Positions 52,752-63,464 of a stretch of DNA of 64,000 nt are shown piece after piece. Under the pieces are notes generated by a model. That model had not been told where the DNA came from, searched no databases, and worked only from the letters and a program-made list of their open reading frames with translations. Position 1 is the stretch's first letter. The number at the start of each line of letters is the position of its first letter. This DNA is from Phoronis australis. Lineage: Eukaryota; Animalia; Phoronida. The stretch is from NCBI GenBank assembly GCA_002633005.1, contig NMRA01000136.1, positions 68,859-132,858 of the forward strand, in the 5' to 3' direction. Both the position numbers and the translations under genes were made by a program.

Positions 52752-53439
52752 TGTTTGCCTTTTGTTCTGAAACAAAAGAAAATTTTGTTTCACCATGTAA
52801 ACATGGAAGCAGCAAACAATAATGCAACATGTATTTATACCAAATGTCTCAACAAAAACTGACACAGTCAATCATGAGTATGCAGTCGATCCTGGGTATA
52901 CTGTTGTTAAATGTCATATTGGCATATATTTTACATGGGAATACCAAGAAGCAACACCGCTAACTACTAACATTTCTGGGTAAAAGTCAGATAGGTGAGT
53001 CCTGATTTAAAATTAATTTGAGAACCAGTTACTTGTACCACTGGCGTTATTCAGTGGGAGAGTAACTGGTTCACAAATCAGAGACTCATGTATCACACTT
53101 TTACCCATTTCTGTGATGAGCTCCGCCACAGCAAAAAAATATTTTATTTCAATTTGTTATGATTATAGGATGGCACATGGGGTGATGGGCCCAACCTTAT
53201 TCAAAAACTGAAGAAAAAATACAAGTGCTGAAAAGTGATACATTCACAGAAACTGAAAATGAGCCCTAAATTGAGTGTGAAGCGGATACAGAAAGAAAAA
53301 GTGAAGGAGGCAAAATAAACGACACAGATCTGTAACTGATTAAGTGATTTTCTAGTTGAGCAAATCAACTTAGCATTAGCGATTAGCCAAGGCTAGCCGC
53401 ATATTGACTCAACAACAGAAATTTTCAATGTAGTCTCAC

Positions 53440-53620
53440 CCTTTTCTTGTAGACGTGAACTTGCAGACAATGAAGACTAGGCTGAGAGAGCGCAGACGGA
53501 ACACTGTCTATCACAGAACACAAAAGCCTGTGATTAGTGCTGTTTGTTCATAAATTATAGCGCGTATCGATTTTCAACACATGTCTGCTCGCTTCTTCCC
53601 CGCCCCGGTTGTTAGTCACA
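53440..53620 (-). promoter_or_regulatory. Probable DCLK 5' non-coding exon and promoter
   Basis: The ATG exon starts at an acceptor (ttcttttgtttcag, exon start 52766), so an upstream exon is needed. Donor-like AAGG|GTGAGA at 53440 and a GC box (ccccgcccc, ~53598) in a CpG-richer stretch. Confidence 0.45.
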
Positions 53621-54858
53621 ACAAATTGCAGCCTCGTTCTGATTTTGCGGGTACTCGTTCGCGACATCTATTGACTAATTAGTTTACTACATTTTGAGCC
53701 AAAGAGAATGCTAGTTACCAGGTGGCGAAACCGTCTGGTCCTTGAGTAGGGATCACGACAGTTGAGTTCGCTCAAGCTTATTACTTAATTTACAAACTCG
53801 GAAGCTGAAAAGTAAAGCCCCAGTTATCATGTGCTAGTCTTGTCTTGGCAGATTCCTCAGTGTGGTTATCAGTGATGAGCTCTATAGCCTATCTTAATTG
53901 CGAAGTGTCGACCTGCGAACCTGCAGTGTGGCTGTGGCACTGAATAATTATCAGTGCTATTGCTGATGCCGATAATGCATTCAGGTTGAGCCATACTTTT
54001 TTCTGTGTATGTCGGAAATAATCTTACTAGGATAATGGTATTCTTCAGTAATACACGCCAGTGTTGGTTTACGAAGGACTGAGAAATGACGGAGAACAGA
54101 AATCGTTAGTTTTTTTTTCTTTTTCTTTTTTTTTAAGGTACTGCTCTCTTTCAAGTCGCTAGCAGTAGTACCACTGTCCCAATGTTATGTAATCCCCTGA
54201 ATTCGTGGTAGTCACGAAGCCCAAGCAGGGCTTTGCCTTTGCAACGGTTTGCAACACTAACAAGACCCGGCGGCAGAACTACATTAGCAAGAGGTCGGGC
54301 GTCTTGATCTCACGTCATTTGTGGACTTTCAAAAACTTAAGGTGTTTGATTGTGTTTGGAGAGACTAGGGCTTGAAAAAAAAAATGATTATCGGTATCAT
54401 GGCCAAGGAATATGTCACAAACATTTTGAAACTAAGACTCAAGGGCGTGTGCCATACTAATGAGAGAAATGAGACGTAGTGTACTGACATTTTCAATTCT
54501 ACTGATGTACGATGCCGTGACTGAGTTATAAAAGGGTCTTAGGTCTAGAGCTAGCTTCCAAATTGCTTGCCATGCAGGCGCATGACTGCCATATATATGC
54601 GCAGAGCATGGTCTAGTCAAGGAACTGTTCGAACCATGCTATAGTATTAAGGTGTCTAGCTATGGTTCGAACTTTCAATAAGTTGAGACCAATTTTATAC
54701 CTGCAAGTGGTCTAACTCAAAGGTCATACCAGTCGTGGACGGAATGCGCGTTTAGTAGCCGCTTTAGGTTTTCTGGTTCGGCATCGCAAACTTATTTTGA
54801 AGAACAAGGTCAGTGCATTTCATTCACAATCATGTTTCGGGATTGAATAACACCACAG

Positions 54859-55064
54859 CAGGCGCGCACCCAGGGGGGGACTCGGGGGGCTCGAACGAGC
54901 ATCTCCTCTAAACAAGCACAAACGCGCAATTCAAAGTGGTGCCCCCGTTTTTTTTTTTTTATTTTTTATTTAGTCCGCCCGCCTTTTTGTTACCAAAAGG
55001 TCCACAACGGCAAGAATTCAACTTAGCCCCCCCTCTCCCATATTGAAGGCTGGGTGCTTGCATG
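54859..55064 (+). mobile_element. MITE with CA..TG ends and 6-bp TSD
   Basis: caggcgcgcacccag ... ctgggtgcttgcatg flanked by CCACAG on both sides. An inverted, rearranged relative lies at 58003-58310. Confidence 0.7.
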
Positions 55065-56665
55065 CCACAGACATCTATTTTTAAATGATAATCTATAATT
55101 ACAACACTCGTCCGAAGTTGAATTGTTGCCGAATGCCCCGGAGCCTCAAGTTATCCATTCATGTATAAGCATTGTTAGCTTTGACCAGCCTTCACCGTTT
55201 TTAGATAGCATGGTTTCTAAATTCTTCAAATTTGGTAGCCTCACGCTAAGGAATATTATACAACCTACAGTAATTTGTTTTCCTTGTATTTTTAGACAGT
55301 TACACACAGGACGAAAGGTAACTGTTGGACTTTTTCTTTCGACCATACTCGTAATCGAAAGTTTCATTGTACCAGGACACGTTGTCGAACATTACAGATT
55401 AGTTTGCGGTGGTTTGGTTCACGCGCATAGTACAACGCCAATGTTGAATTCGGTTTATTTGGAAAAGATGGCAGCGTAACTAGGATCTTTAGAGTTTTGA
55501 ACCTGTTTCGTGAAAAAACGAATTTGATGAGTTTTAAACCAAAAAATTGTCTACAAAATTCGGAAATGCCTTTTCATGAACTGAACTTATATTGGATTGC
55601 ATTTAAATTTCTAACTGCACCACCTTAAACTATTGTTTCTTCTTGTAGCTCTGACATAGTAAAAATATTACCAGACATTTTAAAAACTAATCCCGGGTGT
55701 TTTTTCGGTACCAACTATTTGTTCATTGCCTTTTGTTACCAAAAAATTTTTCAAAAATCCAGGGCGCTTTTTCGGTAACTGATTTTATTGTCCCGTTATC
55801 TTTCCATAGACATAAATAATCAAGTACGCGCAATACGTTTTGGAAGAACGTGCTAGTTGCAAGATTTAATTCATGATTTTATGTCAACATTTAGCCGATG
55901 ATTCTAGTTTCAAATTTGTTCACTAACTCGTATATCAAAAAACTAGCTTTTGTCAACTAGTAAGCAGGGATGCATGTTTGAACCTGTGCCCTTTGGGCGC
56001 ACCTGATGACAGTGTGCCTTTTTTCAAAAATTAGCAGACTTAGTGTAATTAAAGTGATAACATATGAAACAGAACTCCCAAGGCAATCGAAACCCCGAAG
56101 TCGTGTTCATTTAAAACTTGCATTTTTATTGACAATTTCTATAATACAAAAAGGCAACCTGACAGACGGACTCTTAGGCTGACTATAATTTTGCATTTTT
56201 GGAAGATTGCTGCGTTTTACGATTCGTCTTGTGGGTGCACTGCTAAAAGAAGGCTACTTGTGCCTTTTTTTCCATGCGCTAATGGTGCGGTCCGCTAATA
56301 TCCCCGAGTATCAGTTTATACATTTTATGAAAACAAAAATCTCCGCATTTAAAAATGATTTGTATTGAAGCGCCATTATTATTACTTGACCATCTTTTCA
56401 AGTCTAAATTTCATTTTTAAGAAAGGTACATTCATAGTAAAATGACCTCTCGGTCGACTTTAATAAAACCTTTTAAAATGAAAACTTCAGAAAATGTATA
56501 GTTTACAAGTTTTTAAAACCTGGTTTTCTATACAGGAGTTAGAATAGAGGCCGAAACTTTGAGAGAACCAAATTGAAAGACTACGAAGACTACTTTTGGA
56601 TGAATGCGTTCTAAAAATCACGACTATTCTTTCAAAAGTGAACAGCTCTTTTGGGACTTGTTGGT

Positions 56666-56681
56666 GGCCCTTAAAAGGGCC
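56666..56681 (-). terminator. Histone 3' stem-loop of H2A
   Basis: GGCCCT-TTTA-AGGGCC followed by ACCA and the purine-rich HDE CCCAAAAGAGCTGTTCACTTTT (56655-56634). Confidence 0.95.
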
Positions 56682-56706
56682 GTTGTGGTTTCGACGTTCA
56701 AGCTAT

Positions 56707-57093
56707 TTATTTAGCCTTCTCGGCCTTAGCTTGCGTCTTCTTTGGGAGAAGAACTGACTGAATGTTTGGAAGTACACCACCTTGAGAGATGGTGACACCA
56801 GACAGTAACTTGTTCAATTCCTCATCGTTACGGACGGCCAACTGTAGATGTCGTGGAATGATCCTAGACTTCTTGTTGTCGCGAGCAGCATTTCCCGCCA
56901 ATTCGAGAATTTCCGCAGCCAGATATTCCATCACGGCTGCCAAATAAACAGGGGCTCCGCCGGCAATACGTTGAGCGTAGTTACCCTTGCGGAGATGGCG
57001 ATGGATTCTTCCAACAGGAAACTGGAGACCAGCCCGTGAAGACCGCGACTTGGCTTTGCTGCGTTGCTTTCCGCCTTTTCCACGTCCAGACAT
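56707..57093 (-). CDS. H2A: Histone H2A (replication-dependent type), 128 aa
   Basis: [45 protein letters not shown]. Intronless with 3' stem-loop. Confidence 0.98.
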   Translation of the reverse strand: MSGRGKGGKQRSKAKSRSSRAGLQFPVGRIHRHLRKGNYAQRIAGGAPVYLAAVMEYLAAEILELAGNAARDNKKSRIIPRHLQLAVRNDEELNKLLSGVTISQGGVLPNIQSVLLPKKTQAKAEKAK

Positions 57094-57525
57094 TTCTTAA
57101 AATGCGCTTTCTACTCTAAGATACAGTGAATGAATGGATTTCTATTGTAGCAACAATTATTTATACCCTTGGTAGGATTCAAAAACGTTTTAGAACGCGA
57201 TCAAAAGCAACCATTTACACAACAGAATTCTGAAATCGACTAAAGGGATTGGATGGTTTTTGCACGCGGGTTTGTCATTTTGGATACCAGTGTTCAAATG
57301 ACAAAAAGCGCGAGGAAAAAAGTCTTGGAATCCCCTCATTGGGATTGGTTAATTTTTCCTCAATATCCAATCAAAACAGCAACACAGAAGAATGTAATTG
57401 GTCGTAAATATGGCACGTGCATACCAATCTTTGAATCCGTCTGCTAAGTACAGTGGTTCTATAAATAGTCCGTCCCACTCGTGCCCACTCAGTCATTTCT
57501 TGCAGAAATCACTGGATACGTAGTC
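57094..57525. promoter_or_regulatory. Bidirectional H2A/H2B promoter
   Basis: TATAAATA on - (57158-57165) and on + (57460-57467), with several CCAAT/ATTGG boxes between them. Confidence 0.8.
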
Positions 57526-57894
57526 ATGCCGGCTGCTGGTTCTAAAGGTGCAAAGAAAGCGGTGAAAGCAAAGGCCCCCAACGCTGGGGATAAGAAGAAA
57601 CGTAAGAGGGCGAGGAAGGAAAGCTATGGCATTTACATCTATAAAGTGCTAAAGCAAGTTCATCCAGACACCGGTGTTTCCAGCAAAGCTATGAGCATCA
57701 TGAACAGTTTCGTCAACGACATCTTCGAACGTCTTGCTGGGGAAGCGTCCCGTCTCGCACATTATAACAAGCGATCAACTATCACCAGCCGGGAGATTCA
57801 GACCGCGGTCCGACTCCTGTTGCCGGGTGAACTCGCTAAGCACGCCGTGAGTGAGGGCACCAAAGCCGTTACTAAATACACTAGCTCCAAGTAA
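57526..57894 (+). CDS. H2B: Histone H2B (replication-dependent type), 122 aa
   Basis: Real ATG is at 57526 ([44 protein letters not shown]). The ORF track's GTG start at 57481 lies in the promoter/5' UTR. Confidence 0.98.
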   Translation: MPAAGSKGAKKAVKAKAPNAGDKKKRKRARKESYGIYIYKVLKQVHPDTGVSSKAMSIMNSFVNDIFERLAGEASRLAHYNKRSTITSREIQTAVRLLLPGELAKHAVSEGTKAVTKYTSSK

Positions 57895-57915
57895 ACTGCT
57901 GGTTTTTACCCCAAC

Positions 57916-57931
57916 GGCCCTTTTAAGGGCC
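57916..57931 (+). terminator. Histone 3' stem-loop of H2B
   Basis: GGCCCT-TTTA-AGGGCC, then ACCCA, then HDE CCCAAAAGAACTGTTCACTTTT (57943-57964). Confidence 0.95.
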
Positions 57932-58002
57932 ACCCACAAATTCCCAAAAGAACTGTTCACTTTTCTAAAATGAAAAGGTTAAGCCTGCTTATATTGTTTT
58001 GA

Positions 58003-58310
58003 GAGGGCTCGAATTCCCGACTTGGTGAACCATTTGCTAACAAAAGAGCGGACGGACTAAAAAGAAAAAAAAAATGGGAGCACCAAGCACCACTCTCAAT
58101 AGCGCTTGTTTAGTGGACTTTTGCCCCATTTTCTCGGACTTCGTCTCTCGGAGGCGGACCTTTTTGCCCATTTCGCCAATGGGGGGGGACTCATTCGAGC
58201 TTCCCCCTGGGTGCGCGCTCATGTATTAACAACGTACTTTTCATTCTCTGCTTCACTGTCCACAAAGTCGGGAATTCGAGCCCTTCCATATTGTAGGCTG
58301 GGCGCGCATG
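58003..58310 (-). mobile_element. Rearranged copy of the 54859-55064 MITE family
   Basis: 58040-58222 is the reverse complement of 54859-54995. 58003-58030 and 58258-58285 form an inverted pair. 58286-58310 matches the right end (ccatattgtaggctgggcgcgcatg). Confidence 0.6.
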
Positions 58311-58325
58311 TAATACGTACCAAGT

Positions 58326-58378
58326 TAGGCAATGACCATCGCCTCTGTTGGGCCAACAGAGGCGATGGTCATTGCCTA
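58326..58378. mobile_element. 53-bp perfect palindrome with 9-bp TSD (TIR-only transposon remnant)
   Basis: taggcaatgaccatcgcctctgttgg-g-ccaacagaggcgatggtcattgccta flanked by GTACCAAGT at 58317-58325 and 58379-58387. Confidence 0.8.
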
Positions 58379-58387
58379 GTACCAAGT

Positions 58388-60090
58388 ATGAGGCCGTGAA
58401 ACATCTCCGTGTCTGTGGCGCACTGATTTCGTCGACAGTGATTTCACTGACGAATGCCACCTTACCAAAGCAGTTCATGCTAGAGTAGCAAGAGACTGAC
58501 GCTGGAGTCAGATGCTGTGCCCGTTGAGTGTGTTTGCGTTCGACAGGCAGGAACGTGGATCAGTTAATGTTGATCAGTTTTTGACTATGGAGAGTGTAGT
58601 TGGACAATTAATTCAAGGCATGGGAACATAACGTTTTATATAACCTGTTTGATGACTTGCTCGTTCGGCAGGCTTCCTTGTTTGGTACTCTTGGTGTACG
58701 ATATTTTCGCCAGTTCTTTTTTCCAGCCCTAAAGAACGTCGTAAGCACACCTCTGTTCAAATGCTATGCAAAATCAGGATGGTCCGTGCGACACACCTGC
58801 ACTTCTCCAGAAGGCGTACTTGCTAAATTTTGTGGTAGCAAATGCAAGCGTCATTCGAACACTTCAATTATCGTGCAGTTAGCACACTGACACCATGACA
58901 AGCAATTCCCACGGTTTTCGGAACTTTCCATATGTTCCGTTGTCTGTGCACGTTCACGGCGCCACTCTATTATTTCTTGATCAGTGTATTTCGGTTCGAA
59001 CTGATAACCTGATCGACCTATGAGCACTCGTCTAAGTCGGGGGGATTGCGAGTTGCCATCTGATGTTGACGTTTATTATTGTGCGTTCTGTTTCAAAATG
59101 AATTATTTTCACCCTAACCAATGTTTATACAAAACTGAAACAAAGTCTGTCTCATTAGATAGAATTTGTAATGCCCTTGGAGTGTTCGTGAGTGCAAATG
59201 TTTTGGGAACCCAGCAACGAATAATGCGTTACCGGCCTTAGATGCAATAAAGCTATAATTGACCAGGCACCGAGGCTGTGTGAGCGCTTGGTAATTCAGC
59301 GTTTGCTATGAAACAATAAATCGATTTTATATCCTATGGTCAGGTGTTATATTTAGATATACATATACATTATTCGAATTATTGTTACTGTACAACTTTT
59401 GCCCTGACCGGTTCTGTGGAAGGGGAACCTGACTTCGAGGCCCCCAACGAGTAAGTAGATTTGCAGCTTCGCGGCTAATTCACCAAAATAATCACGTGTA
59501 CATTATTTCTTTAGTTCACTAGAAAAGTCTTTTCGTGACTGGACGTTTATTTTCCAACCACTTTCGCTGGTTTACGTTAGTGATTCAGTCCGATTGGGTT
59601 CCGGGCCGACGGCCGGGATAACAAGCATTTGTGTGCTTAGAAATGAAAAAATCGCGAGTCTAATTTTCAAAACAAATCTATGTTCTCCTGTCTGTATTTC
59701 ACGAAGAATAATTCGAATTTATCACCGAACAGACCCCAAACTCTTGCGACCGACCTTGGTAAATTGGCATGGCCGACCTTTGTAGGCTCAACGGTACGTT
59801 CCATAAATCCGTAACAGTGAAATAAAACAACACGTTGTGTTTAATGTTTGTAAGCGTCTTACATCGAATTTTGATTGATTTATTGGTGTAAAACGAATTC
59901 AAGCGATAAGCTGTCACCAGTAAGAACTGCTGAACAGACTGCGTTCGAAGCTGTGACGTCGTTGGTTAATTTCAACACCTCCGTCTGCTGTCAGGTGTCA
60001 AGTAAAAGCCTAATTGCACTAGCTGTTATCGAGTGGAATTACTGGATCTAAATTAATACAAAATTGGCTGTTTTGGGGTGACACTCTCCT
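58388..60090 (+). mobile_element. Kolobok-like element (copy 3, left-truncated, longer interior)
   Basis: Colinear with 17265-18581. Keeps the THAP C-terminal part (HLRVCG...VDSDF, RRLTLESDAVP). Ends ggtgacactctcct + TTAA (60091-60094). Confidence 0.8.
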
Positions 60091-60958
60091 TTAAAACGGT
60101 TTTATGAAGTTGCACACTGAACACAAAATAAGGACTCGACGACGTGGGGATTGACCTGAGCTGTTATCTAATTGGGGACAGACATGTTACTCATCTCATT
60201 TCGCTCTGGGTCTGAGCTCAGTCCACAAGGGTAGGTTATTTACACCGCTGTTAGCATGGGAACATTTCAGTGTATGCCAGGTCACAGACAGTGGTGTTCT
60301 TAATGAACGATTTTAAACTGAAGTGGCAATATAGTCTGTACCGCTAGCTTTGTTTCTTGGTATACTGATGCTTGGTGTTACAGTTTTATTTATTCCACTA
60401 GCAGGGTTCCCATAACAAAAAATCCAAGTAGTGAAGGACTCTTTTATTAGGGTAGTCGAATTTTTACATGCTAAGTAACGCCTATAAGATTCTGGAGAGC
60501 ACTAGACTTGCCATTCCACACCACAGATACTCCTATGGTTACACAATTGTGACAATTTACAAAATCACTCGAAAGCCCACGGCAATTAAACGAAATGTAA
60601 CAATATGAACTTTACGCGCATTGATACAATTCCAACCGGAATATGTATCTTGTTTTAACAATCATGGTAGGCGTACTTGTGACTGAGTCGATTTTTACCC
60701 TGAAGAAAAACATATACCGTCGTGGTCAACAAAAGATAATTCAAAATTAACTATCAAAGTTACATGACAAAAATGCAACACTTGAAATGGTAAGGCACAT
60801 TCCATTCACAAACAGGGTAAATCAAACGCAAAGTTGTTAACGTAAACGAACTGCTAGTGCTCACTTCAGTGTAACCGGAATCAGGTTGGGGACAGAAGGT
60901 ACTACAGCGCTACCTGTGTCAATTTCACGAACTTGGTATTTGATACCATAATGCATTG

Positions 60959-60984
60959 CTTCCTTTTTAGTCGGCCATATTTTG
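60959..60984 (+). promoter_or_regulatory. Probable RPL9 non-coding exon 1 with TCT initiator / 5'TOP tract
   Basis: cttcctttttagtcggccatattttg followed by donor GTATGT at 60985, the typical ribosomal-protein first-exon layout. Confidence 0.6.
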
Positions 60985-61307
60985 GTATGTAGTAGGTTGC
61001 TTCTCGGTGTATATTTCATCGGACAATATCTGTTGTTTTAGACCACATCATCAAAATCGGAATATATATATCAAACATGTAGCATGCACCTGATATTCAC
61101 TACTTTAAAGAAAATCAAACAAAAACATTTATGTATGAATTATTACGTCTTCTTGATACTCAAAACCGATTTAAGTAAGCCCTTTGGTCGGCAACTAAAC
61201 ACTCCATCTGAAACTAGCGTAATCAGTTAATAAGTCGGATTTGAAGATCAGTTCTCCAGTGGCAGTAATAAACAGCCAACTGTACTGGAAATTTGTATGC
61301 AAGTGAA

Positions 61308-62336
61308 TTTGGTTGCAACAAAAGAAAGCATGATTGTGTTGTATTAGCAATTGCAAAAGACAGATCGAAATCCAGTCCACTCTTAGATTGACGTCAATGA
61401 ACGGTAACGCCACAGCCGTCCTCAGCTTCTGATCTTCCCCAATACACTACATATAATACTACAAGGTGTGACACTCCCCTCACACATTATTCTGTAGTTG
61501 CTTGCTTTTCGAATACAACTACGTACTTACTTGCTTTCAAGTCAACAGCTGTGGTAACCATCACTTCTGGTGGCTTGTTATGCTGAGAATTAGTTTCGCC
61601 TACTGAATACCATAGTGGTGTTTTGTGAGTGATTTCCGGGTTCTTTAAATCAGGAATCACCTACAGTTTCCAGGTCTGTCACAGGCGGTTGGTTATTATT
61701 GCAAGTGTTGAAAACTTACTGCTTATTAACTGTGTAATCATTAGAAAGTGTACCAAATATTTTAATGCAATAGTCCCTTTGCCAGTCCTTGATTATGGTA
61801 ATGCTTTTTACTCAGTGGGNTTTGGTTGCAACAAAAGAAAGCATGATTGTGTTGTATTAGCAATTGCAAAAGACAGATATCTCGAAATCCAGTCCACTCT
61901 TAGATTGACGTCAATGAACGGTAACGCCACAGCCGTCCTCAGCTTCTGATCGTCCCCAATACACTACATATAATACTACAAGGTGTGACACTCCCCTCAC
62001 ACATTATTCTGTAGTTGCTTGCTTTTCGAATACAACTACGTACTTACTTGCTTTCAAGTCAACAGCTGTGGTAACCATCACTTCTGGTGGCTTGTTATGC
62101 TGAGAATTAGTTTCGCCTACTGAATACCATAGTGGTGTTTTGTGAGTGATTTCCGGGTTCTTTAAATCAGGAATCACCTACAGTTTCCAGGTCTGTCACA
62201 GGCGGTTGGTTATTATTGCAAGTGTTGAAAACTTACTGCTTATTAACTGTGTAATCATTAGAAAGTGTACCAAATATTTTAATGCAATAGTCCCTTTGCC
62301 AGTCCTTGATTATGGTAATGCTTTTTACTCAGTGGG
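61308..62336. repeat. Near-identical ~515-bp tandem duplication around a single N (likely assembly overlap)
   Basis: 61308-61819 is repeated at 61821-62336 with a 4-nt indel and at least one substitution. N at 61820. Confidence 0.85.
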
Positions 62337-62458
62337 TGAGACTGGCTTTCAAAACCAGAGACCCCCGAATGGAACTATTGCTAAAATGACAGCTACTGGC
62401 TTCTTGTCTTCATGTAAAAGTTTGCCTTTGTACATTACAGGTCTTACAATAGGATAAA

Positions 62459-63464
62459 ATGAAGACCATTTTGTCCAGTGAGAAAATCACAATCCCACCA
62501 GAGGGTGAGTTTATAGATGATGTTGTTAATGTATGGCGGGCACTAATGTGACCATTGGGCAAAAAGTTGTTGATGAGACAACTGATTCTGTCATGTAGGA
62601 ATTTCGAGTCCTTTCCAGTTATCAACTTTTGTCATAGCTGACGCTGGGTTTATGTTGAGCAAGGTGATGAGTAAACAAGACCGCCCCAGTCTGATGTATA
62701 CAGTGACTGATTGGTTTTGTATTCTGATGTTCATAGTATTTCTGCTATTAAGCTGGCTTTCCTTATTGGGGGTTTAGACAAATTTGTTAAAGTCCTATGC
62801 AGCATCAGCTTTGGCAATAGTTTTAATTTATGTTTTGGCATGAAACCCTTTGTTTGTTGTTGTTTGTCACATGACTAGTTTGTGTTCCTAATTGCACAAC
62901 ATGAAACCACGGACAGTGGGATTCATGGATTGCTTTAGCACGATAATTCACCTCGAACATTTACTGTCACTAACTTGGTGGATTCCAGAATTTTAATTGT
63001 GGCAAAATTTACTTAGCACTGCGTAGGTGTATTGTCTATGTGGCACCATTCAGTCGAGACCTTGGCGATGTGTTACTGATGAGGTTTCATGTCCCAGAAT
63101 GTCTCGTAAGGAGTGAAGTTACGTAATAAGAAGTGATGTTAGGAAGTATTTTGAAAGGTTTGAACTTAAAGTTATCCTCCTGTGGTTTTTACTTGGACTG
63201 AAAAAGGTTTTGTCAGAGGTGGAAGGTCTGTGCTGATAAGTTTTTTTCCTTGTTCCTACAGTGAAGGTGGTCATAAATGGCCGCAAGGTGACTGTGACCG
63301 GTCCCCGTGGCACCCTGAGGCGTAACTTCCACCACATGGGTATAGACATTATCCAGGAGGGTAAGGTGTTGAAGGTGGTCAAGTGGTTCGGCTTACGCAA
63401 GGAGCTGGCTGCCGTGCGAACAGTATGCTCACACATCGAGAACATGTTCAAAGGGGTCATCAAG
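62459..63464 (+). CDS. RPL9: 60S ribosomal protein L9 (uL6), first two coding exons; gene continues beyond the window
   Basis: join(62459..62504,63262..63464): MKTILSSEKITIPPE-VKVVINGRKVTVTGPRGTLRRNFHH..KWFGLRKELAAVRTVCSHIENMFKGVIK, GT-AG junctions. Confidence 0.95.
62656..62733 (+). ncRNA. SNORD31: Box C/D snoRNA, U31/SNORD31 (yeast snR67) orthologue, in an RPL9 intron
   Basis: C box GTGATGA 62664-62670. Guide ACCGCCCCAGT before D' CTGA (62691-62694), complementary to the LSU rRNA P-loop ACUGGGGCGGU. C'-like GTGACTGA, D box CTGA 62724-62727, terminal stem tgagca/tgttca. Confidence 0.88.

Noticed and set aside
56634-56681. Plus-strand sequence resembling a U7 snRNA gene (AAGTGAACAGCTCTTTT + hairpin)
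   Set aside because: It is the antisense of the H2A HDE and stem-loop, and lacks the AAUUUGUCUAG-type Sm site.
57481-57525. N-terminally extended H2B
   Set aside because: The GTG start is only ~14 nt after the TATA box, at or before the likely TSS. The ATG at 57526 gives a normal H2B.
54859-58310. Histone pair bracketed by inverted copies of one MITE family (composite transposon idea)
   Set aside because: The left copy has its own intact CCACAG TSD on both sides, so it inserted independently. No shared TSD surrounds the whole block.
60100-60950. Head-to-head partner gene of RPL9 (LIAS in vertebrates)
   Set aside because: No LIAS-like coding exons were recognised on the minus strand upstream of RPL9 in this window.
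62899-63110. CTGATGA at ~63077 plus upstream GAAA suggesting a hammerhead ribozyme; also weak U17-like motifs (gtgttccta, aaaccac, ACA) at 62882-62919
   Set aside because: Stems I-III could not be closed around the hammerhead core. The U17-like motifs are imperfect and lack the surrounding hairpins.
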